Assembly: GCA_965250285.1 (NCBI GenBank)
Contig: OZ252299.1
Coordinates: 2,976,001-3,040,000 of the forward strand
Reading direction: 5' to 3'
Source: Myxococcota bacterium
Lineage (GTDB): Bacteria; Myxococcota_A; UBA9160; UBA4427
Length of the DNA stretch: 64,000 nt
Part shown: piece by piece, positions 1-10,403 of the stretch
Numbering within the stretch: the first letter of the stretch is position 1
Layout: each line of letters begins with the position of its first letter
Notes under the pieces: generated by a model
Database searches by the model: none
The model's input: the letters and a program-made list of their open reading frames with translations, nothing else
What the model was told of the DNA's origin: nothing
Made by a program: the position numbers and the translations under genes

Positions 1-1
1 C

Positions 2-388
2 GCCTCGCAGAGCTTCATCGTGACGTGGGACGAGAAGCTGCCGATGGACGCCTTCGCCGCGACCATCGCGCGCACCGCACGGCGCAACGCCGCCCCGCTC
101 GAGCTGCTCGTGCTCTCGGCGTGCGAGACCGCGGCCGGAGACGAGCAGGCCGCACTCGGGCTCGCCGGCATCGCGATTCAATCCGGGGCGCGCAGCGCCG
201 TCGCGTCGCTGTGGAGCGTGAACGACCGGGCCACCCAGCAGCTGATCGACCGCTTCTACCGTCAGCTCGCCACCGGCCAGTCCCGGGCCGAATCGCTTCG
301 CAGCGCGCAGCGCGCGCTCATCGCCGACGACACGTTCTCGCATCCAGCCTTCTGGTCGTCGTTCCTGCTGATCAGCAGCTGGCTCTGA
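2..388 (+). CDS. CHAT domain (caspase-like) protein, C-terminal part; runs off the window start
   Basis: LLVLSACETAAG, GARSAVASLWSVND and HPAFWSSFLL motifs typical of CHAT domains. Confidence 0.9.
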   Translation, partial: ASQSFIVTWDEKLPMDAFAATIARTARRNAAPLELLVLSACETAAGDEQAALGLAGIAIQSGARSAVASLWSVNDRATQQLIDRFYRQLATGQSRAESLRSAQRALIADDTFSHPAFWSSFLLISSWL

Positions 389-443
389 GTCGCCATCCAG
401 CGCGACCCCCTCGGGGCAAGGGCGGCTGGGCCGTCGACAGATA

Positions 444-460
444 CGATACGGATCGTTACG
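444..460. promoter_or_regulatory. Candidate TetR operator copy 1, upstream of the ipdA operon
   Basis: CGATACG-GAT-CGTTACG imperfect palindrome; matches sites at 25189 and 29975. Confidence 0.65.
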
Positions 461-709
461 TTATTCGGCGGCGTCTCGGTCGACCGAGGTGCCTCTCGAG
501 CCGACGAGATCCCCCCGGTCGTCCAGATTCTGGATCCGCCGATCTCGCGGGCCCGAGCGCAACGCCCCCATGCCCGCCGGCCACCCTGCCCCCTACGCTT
601 CGCTTGGCGAGGGGAGCCGAGGCCGCCGCGCCCGAGCCTCCGCACCCGGCGGATCCGCCGCACCGGCGGACCGACCGTGCGTCGGCGGTCTGCCATAGAG
701 GAAGCACGA

Positions 710-1558
710 GTGGACAAGCGCACGACCGAGCGCGACGCGGTCGCCGAGCTGCGTGATGGGATGACCATCGGCATCGGCGGCTGGGGCTCGCGGCGAAAGC
801 CGATGAGCATCGTTCGCGAGATCCTCCGCACCGATCTCAAGGACCTGACCGTCGTGACCTACGGCGGCCCCGATGCCGGCCTGCTCTGCGCGTTCGGCCG
901 CGTGAAGAAGCTGATCTACGGCTTCGTCTCGCTCGACTCGATCCCGCTCGAGCCCCACTTTCGAAAGGCCCGCCAAGCCGGCAGCTTCGAAGCGGCCGAG
1001 CTCGACGAGGGCATGCTGCAGTGGGGCCTGCTCGCGGCCGCCCACCGCCTGCCCTTCCTGCCCACGCGCGCCGGCCTCGGCAGCGACGTGCCCGCGATCA
1101 ATTCGGTGCTGAAGACGGTGACCTCACCCTACGACGACGGCGAAGAGCTGCTGGCGATGCCCGCCCTCGATCTCGACGTGGCGTTCATCCACATGAACCG
1201 CGCCGACGAGAAGGGCAACGGCCAGTTCCTCGGCCCCGACCTGTACTTCGACGACCTGTTCTGTCTCGCCGCCGAGAAGCGCTTCATGACGTGCGAGGAG
1301 ATCATCCCGACCGAAGACTTCGCGAAGCACGGCTCGATCCACACGATGAAGATCAATCGCATGATGATCGACGGCGTGATCGAGGCACCCGGCGGCGCGC
1401 ATTTCACCGAGTGCCCGCCCGACTACGCGCGCGACGAGAAGTTCCAGAAGGAGTACGCCGCGACGGCCAAGGACGAGGCCGCGTGGGACGCCTTCGTGAA
1501 GACGTACCTGCAGTGCGCCGACGAGTTCGAGTACCAGAAGGTGGTGAAGGCCCGATGA
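710..1558 (+). CDS. ipdA: CoA-transferase-family alpha subunit, steroid ring C-opening hydrolase IpdA-like
   Basis: GIGGWGSRRKPM, YGFVSLDSIPLEPHF, RLPFLPTRAGLGSD; GTG start after AGAGGA; ATGA overlap with the next gene. Confidence 0.88.
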   Translation: MDKRTTERDAVAELRDGMTIGIGGWGSRRKPMSIVREILRTDLKDLTVVTYGGPDAGLLCAFGRVKKLIYGFVSLDSIPLEPHFRKARQAGSFEAAELDEGMLQWGLLAAAHRLPFLPTRAGLGSDVPAINSVLKTVTSPYDDGEELLAMPALDLDVAFIHMNRADEKGNGQFLGPDLYFDDLFCLAAEKRFMTCEEIIPTEDFAKHGSIHTMKINRMMIDGVIEAPGGAHFTECPPDYARDEKFQKEYAATAKDEAAWDAFVKTYLQCADEFEYQKVVKAR

Positions 1559-2313
1559 GCGAAGCAACCCGAGCAGAAGTGTGTGCGGTGGCGGTCGCGG
1601 AGGCCTTTCGCGGCGACGGCGAGATTCTGGCGAGCTCGTTCGGCACGGTTCCGGCGGTCGGAGCGCGGCTCGCGCGCATGACGTTCGAGCCCGATCTGCT
1701 GATGACCGACGGCATCGCGACGGTGCTCGAGAGCGTCGACCCCGTGTCGGGGCCGAAGCCCGAGCCGGTCTACGGCGCGTGGATGAACTTTCGCACCGTG
1801 TTCGACGTGGTGTGGTCGGGCACCCGGCATGTCGTCATGATCGCGAGCCAGATCGATCGCTTCGGCAATCAGAATTTCGCCTGCATCGGCCCGCACGCGA
1901 AGCCGAAGGCCCAGCTCCTCGGCATGCGCGGTGCGCCGGGCAACACGATCAACCACAAGACCAGCTACTGGGTGCCGAACCACAGCGTCAAGACGTTCGT
2001 CGAAAAGGTCGACTGCGTGTCGGGCGTCGGCAACGATCGCGCGAAGGCGCTCGGCGACGCCGGCTCGCGCTTCCACGACCTGCGATACGTCGTGTCGAAC
2101 CTCGGCGTATTCGACTTCGACACGCCGGGGGGCGCGATGCGGCTCGTGTCGGTGCACCCCGGCGTGACCGTCGAAGAGGTCGTCGAGCAGACCGGCTTCG
2201 AGCTGGCGATGGCCGACGAGATCAAGGAGAGCCGTCTGCCGACGGAAGAAGAGCTGAAGATCATGCGCGACTTCCTCGACCCCGAGTCGACGATGGCGCG
2301 CGAAGTCAGCTAG
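1555..2313 (+). CDS. ipdB: CoA-transferase-family beta subunit, IpdB-like
   Basis: TRAEVCAVA..FRGDGEILAS, QIDRFGNQN, LGMRGAPGNTINH. Confidence 0.88.
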   Translation: MSEATRAEVCAVAVAEAFRGDGEILASSFGTVPAVGARLARMTFEPDLLMTDGIATVLESVDPVSGPKPEPVYGAWMNFRTVFDVVWSGTRHVVMIASQIDRFGNQNFACIGPHAKPKAQLLGMRGAPGNTINHKTSYWVPNHSVKTFVEKVDCVSGVGNDRAKALGDAGSRFHDLRYVVSNLGVFDFDTPGGAMRLVSVHPGVTVEEVVEQTGFELAMADEIKESRLPTEEELKIMRDFLDPESTMAREVS

Positions 2314-2322
2314 AGGGCCGCC

Positions 2323-3381
2323 GTGCACGACGCGCTGCATACCCGCATCTGTGACCTGCTCGGGATCGAATACCCGATCATCCAGACCGGCATGGGCTGG
2401 GTGGCCGAGCCCGAGCTCGTCGCCGCGGTCAGCAACGCCGGCGCGATCGGCTTTCTCGCCGCCGCGACGATCCCACCCGACGAGGTCGAGGCGGCGATCG
2501 AGCGGGTCAAAGCCCTCACCGACCGCCCCTTCGGCGTGAACTTCCTGATGGACGCGCCCGGCGCCGACGTGATCACCGAGGCGATCCTGCGCCAGGGCGT
2601 GCGCGCAGCCGGCTACAACCGTGCGCCCTCGGCCGAGCTCATCGGCAAGTTGAAGGACGGCGGCGTCGTCTGCGTGCCGACCTGCGGCGCCGTCAAGCAC
2701 GCCGTGAAGGCCGAGAAGCTCGGCGCAGACATCATCATCGTGCAGGGCGGCGAAGGCGGGGGCCACACCGGCAGCGTCCCCACCTCGCTGCTCGTGCCTG
2801 GCGCCGTCGACGCGGTGAACGTGCCCATCGTCGGGGCGGGCGGGTTCTTCGACGGTCGCGGGCTCGTCTCGGCGCTCGCGTATGGCGCCGCCGGCGTCGC
2901 GATGGGCACCCGCTTCCTGCTGACGGCCGAGAGTCCGGTGCCCGATGTGACCACCGACCGCTACCTCGCGGCCGACGTCAGCGACGTGTTCGTCACGAGC
3001 GAGGTCGACGGCATGCCCCAGCGCGTCGTCGGCAACGAGCTCGTGCGCAAGCTCGAGACGCGCGGGCCCCTGGGCCGACTGGTCTTCGCGCTCGGCAACG
3101 CGATGGAGCTGCGCAAGACGACGGGGGCGACGATCCCCGAGCTGCTGCGCAGCGGCCTCGCGATGCGCAAGAACGAGCGGCTCACGCGATCGCAGCTGCT
3201 GATGGCGGCGAATGCCCCGATGCTCGCGAAGAAGGCGATGAACGACGGCGACCCGGTGAATGGCTACCTGCCGAGCGGCTCGGTGGCGGGGGCGATCGGC
3301 GACCGACCGCCGGCGGGCGACGTCGTCGAGCGCATCGTCGCCGAGGCCGAAGAGACCCTCGCACGCCTCGACGCCCGCTGA
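2323..3381 (+). CDS. ipdC: FMN-dependent nitronate-monooxygenase-family oxidoreductase, IpdC-like
   Basis: YPIIQTGMGWVA, QGGEGGGHTG, AGGFFDGRGL, AMGTRFLLT; directly follows ipdAB. Confidence 0.82.
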   Translation: MHDALHTRICDLLGIEYPIIQTGMGWVAEPELVAAVSNAGAIGFLAAATIPPDEVEAAIERVKALTDRPFGVNFLMDAPGADVITEAILRQGVRAAGYNRAPSAELIGKLKDGGVVCVPTCGAVKHAVKAEKLGADIIIVQGGEGGGHTGSVPTSLLVPGAVDAVNVPIVGAGGFFDGRGLVSALAYGAAGVAMGTRFLLTAESPVPDVTTDRYLAADVSDVFVTSEVDGMPQRVVGNELVRKLETRGPLGRLVFALGNAMELRKTTGATIPELLRSGLAMRKNERLTRSQLLMAANAPMLAKKAMNDGDPVNGYLPSGSVAGAIGDRPPAGDVVERIVAEAEETLARLDAR

Positions 3382-3417
3382 CCCGAACAGGACGACTCGT
3401 CGTCCACGGAGTGCCCC

Positions 3418-4170
3418 ATGGCCATCGAAACGAACATCGAAGACGGCGTCGGCGAGGTGGTGATCAACAACCCCCCCGTGAACGCCCTCGACAGCCGGGG
3501 CTGGTTCGACTTCGCGGCCGCGGTGCGCGAGATGGGCGAGCGGGGCGACGTGCACTGCGTCGTGGTGCGCGCCGAGGGCAAGGGCTTTCAGGCCGGCGTC
3601 GACATCAAGGAGCTGGCCGCCGACGGTACGAAGATCGTCGACGTGAACCGCGGCTGCTACGACAGCTTCGCCGCCGTCTACGACTGTCCGGTGCCGGTGA
3701 TCTCGGCGGTGAACGGCTTCTGCCTCGGCGGCGGCATCGGCATCAGCGGCGCGAGCGACATCGTGATCGCGGCCGACGACGCGACGTTCTCGCTGCCCGA
3801 GATCGACCGTGGGGCCCTCGGCGCAGCGACCCACCTGATGCGCCTCTTCGGCATGCAGAAGACCCGCTACATGCTCTACACCGGCGAGGCGATCGACGCC
3901 GAAGAGGCGCTGCGCCTCGGCGGCATCGAGCGCATCGTGCCCCGCGCCGAGCTGCGCGACGAGGCGATGAAGATGGCGCGCGTCATCGCGAGCAAGAGCC
4001 CGAAGGCGCTTCGCCTGGCCAAGTGGTCGCTCAACGGCATCGAGCTGCTCGACATCAAGAAGAGCTACCGGTTCGAGCAGGGCTTCACGCTCGAGCTCTA
4101 CACGTCGCCCGACAGCCAGGAAGCGCGTGACGCCTTCGTCGAGAAGCGCGACGCGAGCTTCGACGGCTGA
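3418..4170 (+). CDS. echA20: Enoyl-CoA hydratase family protein, EchA20-like
   Basis: PPVNAL, AGVDIKE, LPEIDRGALGAATHL, SYRFEQGFT. Confidence 0.82.
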   Translation: MAIETNIEDGVGEVVINNPPVNALDSRGWFDFAAAVREMGERGDVHCVVVRAEGKGFQAGVDIKELAADGTKIVDVNRGCYDSFAAVYDCPVPVISAVNGFCLGGGIGISGASDIVIAADDATFSLPEIDRGALGAATHLMRLFGMQKTRYMLYTGEAIDAEEALRLGGIERIVPRAELRDEAMKMARVIASKSPKALRLAKWSLNGIELLDIKKSYRFEQGFTLELYTSPDSQEARDAFVEKRDASFDG

Positions 4171-4205
4171 ACGCCCCCTCCCCTTCCAACACGCGGAACC
4201 CGAAC

Positions 4206-5375
4206 ATGGATCTCTCTTACACGTCGAAGCACGACGCCTTTCGCAAAGAGGCGCGCGCCTGGCTCGAGGCGAACGTGCCCTCCGAGCCCCTCGAGACCTT
4301 CGACAAGAAGGACGGCTTCGAAGCCCACCGCGCGTGGGAGAAGAAGCTGAACGAAGGCGGCTGGGCCATGGTGCCGTGGCCGGTCGAGTACGGGGGCCGC
4401 GGCGCCGATCTGCTCGAGTGGCTGATCTTCGAGGAGGAGTACTACCGCGTCGGCGCGCCGGGGCGCGTGAACCAGAACGGCATCTTCCTGCTCGGCCCGA
4501 CGATCATGGAGTACGGCACGCCCGAGCAGAAGAAGCAGTTCCTGCCGACGATGGCGTCGTCGGAGACCGTCTGGGCCCAGGGCTGGAGCGAGCCCAACGC
4601 GGGCAGCGACATGGCCAACATCCAGACGACGGCCGTGCGGGATGGCGATCACTATGTCGTCAACGGGCAGAAGACCTGGGCGAGCCGCGGCGCGTATGCG
4701 CACTGGCTCTTCGGGCTCTTCCGGACCGACCCCGAGTCGAGCCGACACAAGGGCCTCACCTTCGTGCTGTGCCCGCTCGACGCGCCGGGCGTGACGGTGC
4801 GGCCGATCGAGAAGATCAACGGCAAGGCCGCGTTCGCCGAGGTCTTCTTCGACAACGCGAAGGTGCCGGTCGAGAACACGCTCGGCGGCGTGGGCGAGGG
4901 TTGGAACGTCGCGATGGCGACGGCCGGCTTCGAGCGCGGCCTCATGCTGCGCAGCCCGGCCCGGTTCCAGAGCACGGCTCAACGACTCGCCGACCTCTAC
5001 AAGCGCACGGTCAAGGAAGGGGGCGACGTCGACCCCGCTCTGCGCGACCGGGTCACTCGCTGCTGGGTGGCCGCTGAAGCGTACGCGCTCAACACCTACC
5101 AGACGGTGTCGCGGCTGCTCGCAGGCGGCAAGATCGGCGCCGAGGCCAGCCTCAACAAGATCTTCTGGAGCGAGCTCGACATCGAGATGCACGAGTGCGC
5201 GCTCGCGCTGCTGGGTGTACGCGGTGAGCTGGTGCCCGGCTCTCCCGGTGCCGGCGACGTCGGCCAGTGGCTCGACGGCTTCATCTTCGCGCTCTCGGGG
5301 CCCATCTACGCTGGCACCAACGAGATCCAGCGCAACATCATCGCCGAGCGCATCCTCGGCCTGCCGCGGAAATAG
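4206..5375 (+). CDS. fadE31: Acyl-CoA dehydrogenase, FadE31-like
   Basis: WAQGWSEPNAGSD, GQKTW, GPIYAGTNEIQRNIIAER; context. Confidence 0.7.
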   Translation: MDLSYTSKHDAFRKEARAWLEANVPSEPLETFDKKDGFEAHRAWEKKLNEGGWAMVPWPVEYGGRGADLLEWLIFEEEYYRVGAPGRVNQNGIFLLGPTIMEYGTPEQKKQFLPTMASSETVWAQGWSEPNAGSDMANIQTTAVRDGDHYVVNGQKTWASRGAYAHWLFGLFRTDPESSRHKGLTFVLCPLDAPGVTVRPIEKINGKAAFAEVFFDNAKVPVENTLGGVGEGWNVAMATAGFERGLMLRSPARFQSTAQRLADLYKRTVKEGGDVDPALRDRVTRCWVAAEAYALNTYQTVSRLLAGGKIGAEASLNKIFWSELDIEMHECALALLGVRGELVPGSPGAGDVGQWLDGFIFALSGPIYAGTNEIQRNIIAERILGLPRK

Positions 5376-5389
5376 GGACGGACGTCGAC

Positions 5390-6448
5390 ATGCAGTTTCT
5401 GTTCAGCGAAGACCAGGAGATGCTCGCGCAGACGATCCGCGACTTTCTCGCGGGCGAATGCACCGCCGAGCACGTGCGCGCGCTGTGGGAGACCGAGACC
5501 GGACGATCGCCCGCGTTCTGGCAGCAGCTCACCGAGATCGGCCTGCCCGGGCTGCTCGTGCCCGAGGAGCACGGCGGCCTCGGCATGAGCGAGGTGGACG
5601 CGACGCTGGTGTTCGAGGAGACCGGCCGCGCGGCGCTCGCCGAGCCCTTGATCTCGACCGCCGCCGTCGCAGCGCCCCTGCTGCGTGAGATCGGCGGTGA
5701 CCTGGCGGCGACCTGGCTGCCGAAGATCGCGGCGGGCGAGGCCATCGTGGCCGTCGGACACGCGCAGAGCCCCTTCGTGGCGGACGCGCATGTCGCGCAG
5801 CTCCTGCTGCTCCCCGATGGCGACGATCTGCACGCCGTCGATCCGGCGAACGTCACGCTCACGGCGCAGACGAGCAACGACCAGAGCCAGCGCCTGTTCA
5901 GCGTCGAGTGGACGCCGTCGGGCGACACGCTCGTCGCCGAGAAGACGGTCGGCGCCGCGCTGCAGGCCGCCGCGCTCGACCGCGGCGCCCTCGCCAGCGC
6001 CTCCGAACAGCTGGGCGTGTGCTCGACGCTCATCGAGATGGGCGCCCTCTACGCGACCCAGCGCAAGCAGTTCGGCGTCGCGATCGGCACGTTCCAGGCG
6101 GTCAAGCACCGGTTGGCCAACGCCAAGGTCCAGCTCGAGTACGCACGCTCGGTCGTCTACCGCGCCGCACACTCGGTCGCCGTCGCCGCACCGACGAGGG
6201 CCGTCGACGTCTCGATGGCGAAGGTGACTTCGAGCGACGCCGCGACATTCGCGGCGAAGGAGTCGCTCCAGGTGCACGGCGCCATCGGTTACACCTACGA
6301 GCAGGACCTCCACGTGTGGATGAAACGCGCGTGGTCGCACGACCTCGCTTGGGGCACCAACGCATGGCACCGCGGTCGCCTCGCGGCCGCCCTGCTCGAC
6401 GACGACGGCCCGATCGCCGCCTTCGGCTTCCAGCCCCGGGCGGCCTGA
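5390..6448 (+). CDS. Acyl-CoA dehydrogenase, FadE32-like partner subunit
   Basis: RKQFGVAIGTFQAVKH, LQVHGAIGYTYEQDL; short form typical of heteromeric ACAD partners. Confidence 0.8.
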   Translation: MQFLFSEDQEMLAQTIRDFLAGECTAEHVRALWETETGRSPAFWQQLTEIGLPGLLVPEEHGGLGMSEVDATLVFEETGRAALAEPLISTAAVAAPLLREIGGDLAATWLPKIAAGEAIVAVGHAQSPFVADAHVAQLLLLPDGDDLHAVDPANVTLTAQTSNDQSQRLFSVEWTPSGDTLVAEKTVGAALQAAALDRGALASASEQLGVCSTLIEMGALYATQRKQFGVAIGTFQAVKHRLANAKVQLEYARSVVYRAAHSVAVAAPTRAVDVSMAKVTSSDAATFAAKESLQVHGAIGYTYEQDLHVWMKRAWSHDLAWGTNAWHRGRLAAALLDDDGPIAAFGFQPRAA

Positions 6449-6523
6449 CGCCGACGCCCCTCCCTCATCGGGTATCTTTCCCGGCCCTTCGGGCGGGCAG
6501 CCCGAAGCCTCAAGGAGCCCCCC

Positions 6524-6955
6524 ATGTCGACCCCCCAAGCCCCGGCCATCGAGGGCTGGTTCTCGAACGACCCCGAGCCGCACCTGATCGGCACGCGCTG
6601 CAAGGTCTGCGGGACGTACTACTTCCCCGGCCAGCGCGACTTCTGCCGCAATCCCGACTGCTTCTCGACCGAGTTCGAAGAGGTGCGCCTCTCGCGCACG
6701 GGCAAGGTGTGGTCGTACACGAAGCACTTCTATCAGCCGCCCGACCCGTACATCGTCGATGGCGAGTTCGAGCCGTACACGATCGTCGGCGTCGAGCTCG
6801 AAGAAGAGAAGATGATGGTGCTCGGTCAGCTCGCCTCGGACGCCGACGAGAGCGTCCTCACGGCGGGCCTCGAGATGGAGCTCGTCATCGAGAAGCTCTA
6901 TCACCAGGACGGCACCGACTACACCGTGTGGAAGTGGAAGCCCCTCGCAGGCTGA
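6524..6955 (+). CDS. Zn-ribbon/OB-fold (DUF35) protein
   Basis: CKVCG..FCRNPDC zinc ribbon, LSRTGKVWSYT; precedes a thiolase-like gene. Confidence 0.88.
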   Translation: MSTPQAPAIEGWFSNDPEPHLIGTRCKVCGTYYFPGQRDFCRNPDCFSTEFEEVRLSRTGKVWSYTKHFYQPPDPYIVDGEFEPYTIVGVELEEEKMMVLGQLASDADESVLTAGLEMELVIEKLYHQDGTDYTVWKWKPLAG

Positions 6956-7022
6956 GCCACCGCCGGTCCACCACGCTCACGCATCTCGCGCGCGAAGCGC
7001 GCACCCTGAAGGAGAACCCATC

Positions 7023-8210
7023 ATGGGCCACGAAGTCGCAGTGCTCGGTGTCGGCATGCACCAATGGGGCAAGTGGGGCAAGAACTTCGTCGAGTACGGC
7101 GTGAAGGCCGCGCAGGACGCGCTCAAGGATGCCGGCCTCGACTGGCGCGACATCCAGCTGATCGCCGGCGCCGAGACGGTGCGCAACGGCTACCCCGGCT
7201 ACGTCGCGGGTGCGACGTTCGCCGAGGCGATGGGCTGGACGGGCGCTCGCATCTCGAGCTCGTACGCGGCCTGCGCATCGGGCGCCCAGGCGATCAACGA
7301 CGCTCGGGCCCAGATCCTTGCCGGCTTCTGTGACGTCGCGCTGGTGATCGGCGCCGACACGACGCCCAAGGGCTTCCTCGCCCCGAACGCGGGCGAGCGC
7401 TGGACCGACCCCGACTGGCTGCGCTTCCGCCTGATGGGCTGCACGAACCCCACCTACTTCGCACTCGCGGCACGCCGGCGCATGGACGTCTACGGCGCGA
7501 CCGAAGAGGATTTCGCGGCGGTGAAGGTCAAGAACGCCAAGCACGGCATGGCGAACCCCTACGCGCGGTATCACAAGGAGTTCACCATGCAGCAGGTGCT
7601 CGAGTCGCCCATGGTGGCCGACCCGCTGCGCCTGTTCGAGATCTGCGCGACGAGCGACGGCGCTGCGGCGTGCATCCTGACCAGCATGGAGTTCGCCAAG
7701 AGCCGCAACATCGATCCGATCAAGGTGAAGGCGGTGGCAACGACGACGCCGACGTTCCCCTGCACGACGCTCGAGATGCCGAACATCTCGACCGACTCGG
7801 CTGTCGCGGTCGAAGAGCCGCTGCGGCCCTTCAAGGCCAGCATCGCGCACGACGCATACGAAGAGGCCGGGCTCGGCCCCGAAGACATGTCGATCGCCGA
7901 GGTCTACGACCTCAGCTCGGCCCTCGAGCTCGACTGGTACGAGAACCTCGGCCTGTGTGGCGAGGGCGAGGCCGAGAAGCTGCTGCGCGACGGCGCCACG
8001 AAGATCGGCGGGCGCATCCCGGTCAACACGAGCGGGGGCCTCGCCTGCTTCGGCGAGGCCGTTCCGGCCCAGGCCGTCGCCCAGGTCTGCGAGTTGACCT
8101 GGCAGCTGCGCGGCGACGCGGGCGCCCGCCAGGTCGAGGGCGCGAAGGCCGGCATCACGGCGAACATCGGCCTGTTCGGCCACGGCTCGTCGGTCATCTG
8201 CACCAAGTAG
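7023..8210 (+). CDS. SCP-x/lipid-transfer-protein-type thiolase-like enzyme
   Basis: LGVGMHQWGKWG, AACASG, ICATSDGAAA, PVNTSGGL. Confidence 0.85.
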   Translation: MGHEVAVLGVGMHQWGKWGKNFVEYGVKAAQDALKDAGLDWRDIQLIAGAETVRNGYPGYVAGATFAEAMGWTGARISSSYAACASGAQAINDARAQILAGFCDVALVIGADTTPKGFLAPNAGERWTDPDWLRFRLMGCTNPTYFALAARRRMDVYGATEEDFAAVKVKNAKHGMANPYARYHKEFTMQQVLESPMVADPLRLFEICATSDGAAACILTSMEFAKSRNIDPIKVKAVATTTPTFPCTTLEMPNISTDSAVAVEEPLRPFKASIAHDAYEEAGLGPEDMSIAEVYDLSSALELDWYENLGLCGEGEAEKLLRDGATKIGGRIPVNTSGGLACFGEAVPAQAVAQVCELTWQLRGDAGARQVEGAKAGITANIGLFGHGSSVICTK

Positions 8211-8249
8211 AAGCAACCGGCGCGCGGCGCGCGCCGACGGAGAATCGAA

Positions 8250-9401
8250 ATGCCCGAAGCCTATATCGTCGACGCGCTGCGCACGCCGGTCGGTCGCAAG
8301 AAGGGGAGCCTCTCGCAGGTCCACCCCGCCGACCTCGGCGCCCACAGCCTGAAGGCGCTGATGGACCGCACCGACATGGACGCCGGCGCCGTCGAGGACG
8401 TCGTCTTCGGCTGCGTCGACACGATCGGCCCCCAGGCCGGCGACATCGCCCGCACCTGCTGGCTGGCGGCCGGCCTCCCCGAGCACGTGCCCGGCACCAC
8501 CGTCGATCGCCAGTGCGGCAGCGCCCAGCAGGCGATCCACTTCGCGGCCCAGGCCGTCATGAGCGGCACGATGGACGTCGTCGTCGCGGGCGGCGTGCAG
8601 GCGATGAACCTGATCCCGATCTCGGCCGCGATGTACGCCGGCCAGGAGTACGGCTTCGAGAACCCGTTCACCGGCAGCCCCGGCTGGGTCGAGCGCTACG
8701 GCGACGGTGAGGTCTCGCAGTTCAACTCGGCCGACATGATCGCGAAGAAGTGGGACATCTCGCGTGAAGACATGGAGCGCTTCGGCCTGCAGAGCAACGA
8801 ACGGGCGCTCAAGGCCATCGCCGACGGTCGTTTCGAGCGTGAGATCGTGCCGGTGGGCGACTTCGCCGTCGACGAGCCGCCGCGCGAATCGAGCCTCGCG
8901 AAGATGGCGACGCTCAAGACCCTCCAGGAGGGCGGCCGCGTCACCGCAGCCGTGTCGAGCCAGATCGCCGATGCGTCGGCGGCGCTGCTGATCGTGAGCG
9001 AGCAGGGTCTGAAGGATCACGGCCTCACGCCGCGCGCGCGCATCCACCACATGTCGGTGCGCGCCGACGATCCCGTGTGGATGCTCACCGCGCCCATCCC
9101 GGCCACGGAGCACGCCTTCAAGAAGACCGGCATGACGAAGAACGACATCGATCTCGTCGAGATCAACGAGGCGTTCGCCTCGGTCGTGATCGCCTGGCAG
9201 AAAGAGTCGGGCTTCGAGGACGAGAAGGTCAACGTGAACGGCGGCGCGATCGCCCTCGGTCACCCGCTCGGCGCGACCGGCGCACGGCTCATGACCACCC
9301 TGCTCCACGAGCTCGAGCGCACCGGCGGCCGCTACGGCCTGCAGACCATGTGCGAGGGCGGCGGTCAGGCGAACGTCACCATCATCGAGCGACTCGGCTA
9401 G
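8250..9401 (+). CDS. fadA6: Acetyl-CoA C-acyltransferase (thiolase), FadA6-like
   Basis: DRQCGS, EINEAFA, GHPLGATG, TMCEGGGQAN; HHMSVRADDPVWML. Confidence 0.8.
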   Translation: MPEAYIVDALRTPVGRKKGSLSQVHPADLGAHSLKALMDRTDMDAGAVEDVVFGCVDTIGPQAGDIARTCWLAAGLPEHVPGTTVDRQCGSAQQAIHFAAQAVMSGTMDVVVAGGVQAMNLIPISAAMYAGQEYGFENPFTGSPGWVERYGDGEVSQFNSADMIAKKWDISREDMERFGLQSNERALKAIADGRFEREIVPVGDFAVDEPPRESSLAKMATLKTLQEGGRVTAAVSSQIADASAALLIVSEQGLKDHGLTPRARIHHMSVRADDPVWMLTAPIPATEHAFKKTGMTKNDIDLVEINEAFASVVIAWQKESGFEDEKVNVNGGAIALGHPLGATGARLMTTLLHELERTGGRYGLQTMCEGGGQANVTIIERLG

Positions 9402-9503
9402 CCGCAGCGACACGCGTCGTCGGCGGCGGCCCACGGCCAGCCGAAACACACCGGATTCGACGCGATCGGGCGAAGAGCCCGATGGCGTCGAAGGAGAGAG
9501 AAC

Positions 9504-10403
9504 ATGATCTGTGAGGGACGCGTCGTCATCGTGACCGGCGCAGGCGGCGGCATCGGCCGCGCCCACGCCATCGCCTTTGCGGCCGAAGGCGCGAAGGTCG
9601 TCGTAAACGACCTCGGCACCAGCAACCACGGCGAGGGCGAGAGCGCCGGCCCCGCCGAGCAGGTCGCCGAAGAGATTCGCGCGATGGGGGGCGAGGCCGT
9701 GGCCAACGGCGCCGACGTGGCCGACTTCGCCGAAACCAAGCAGCTCGTCGAGCAGGCGATCGACACGTTTGGTGGCCTCGACGTCGTGGTCAACAATGCG
9801 GGCTTCCTGCGCGACCGAATGTTCATGTCGACCAGCGAAGACGAGTGGGACGCCGTGGTCCGGGTTCACATGAAGGGCCACTTCTGCACGTCGCGGCACG
9901 CCGCCGAGTACTGGCGCGGCCGCAGCAAGGCCGGCGAGACCGTCGACGCCCGCATCATCAACACCAGCTCGGGCGCCGGTCTGCAGGGCAGCGTCGGCCA
10001 GGCCACCTACTCGGCGGCCAAGGGCGGCATCGCGACCCTCACCCTGGTGCAGGCCGCCGAGCTCGGCCGCTACGGCGTGACGGCCAACGCGATCGCCCCG
10101 GCGGCGCGCACGCGCATGACCGAGGCGATCTTCACCGACATGGCGGCGCCGGAGGACGGCGCATTCGACGAGAACGCGCCCGAGAACATCTCGCCGCTCG
10201 TCGTCTGGCTCGGCTCGGCCGAGAGCCGCGACGTCACGGGCCGCGTCTTCGAGGTGAAGGGCGGCCTCATTGGCACGAGCGTCGGCTGGCATGACGGCCC
10301 GATCGTCGACAAGGGCAGCCGCTGGGCGCCCGACGAGGTCGGTGCGGCCGTGCACGAGGTCATCGAGAAGAGCCCCGCGCCCCAGAAGGTCTTCGGCACC
10401 TGA
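9504..10403 (+). CDS. Short-chain dehydrogenase/reductase
   Basis: TGAGGGIG, NNAG, YSAAK. Confidence 0.9.
   Translation: MICEGRVVIVTGAGGGIGRAHAIAFAAEGAKVVVNDLGTSNHGEGESAGPAEQVAEEIRAMGGEAVANGADVADFAETKQLVEQAIDTFGGLDVVVNNAGFLRDRMFMSTSEDEWDAVVRVHMKGHFCTSRHAAEYWRGRSKAGETVDARIINTSSGAGLQGSVGQATYSAAKGGIATLTLVQAAELGRYGVTANAIAPAARTRMTEAIFTDMAAPEDGAFDENAPENISPLVVWLGSAESRDVTGRVFEVKGGLIGTSVGWHDGPIVDKGSRWAPDEVGAAVHEVIEKSPAPQKVFGT

Noticed and set aside
2..388. CHAT protein as part of a defence system
   Set aside because: Only the C-terminus is in the window and no partner genes are visible
6488..6508. CTTCGGGC-N5-GCCCGAAG hairpin inside the steroid operon as a terminator
   Set aside because: No U-tract and downstream genes continue on the same strand; at most a stability element
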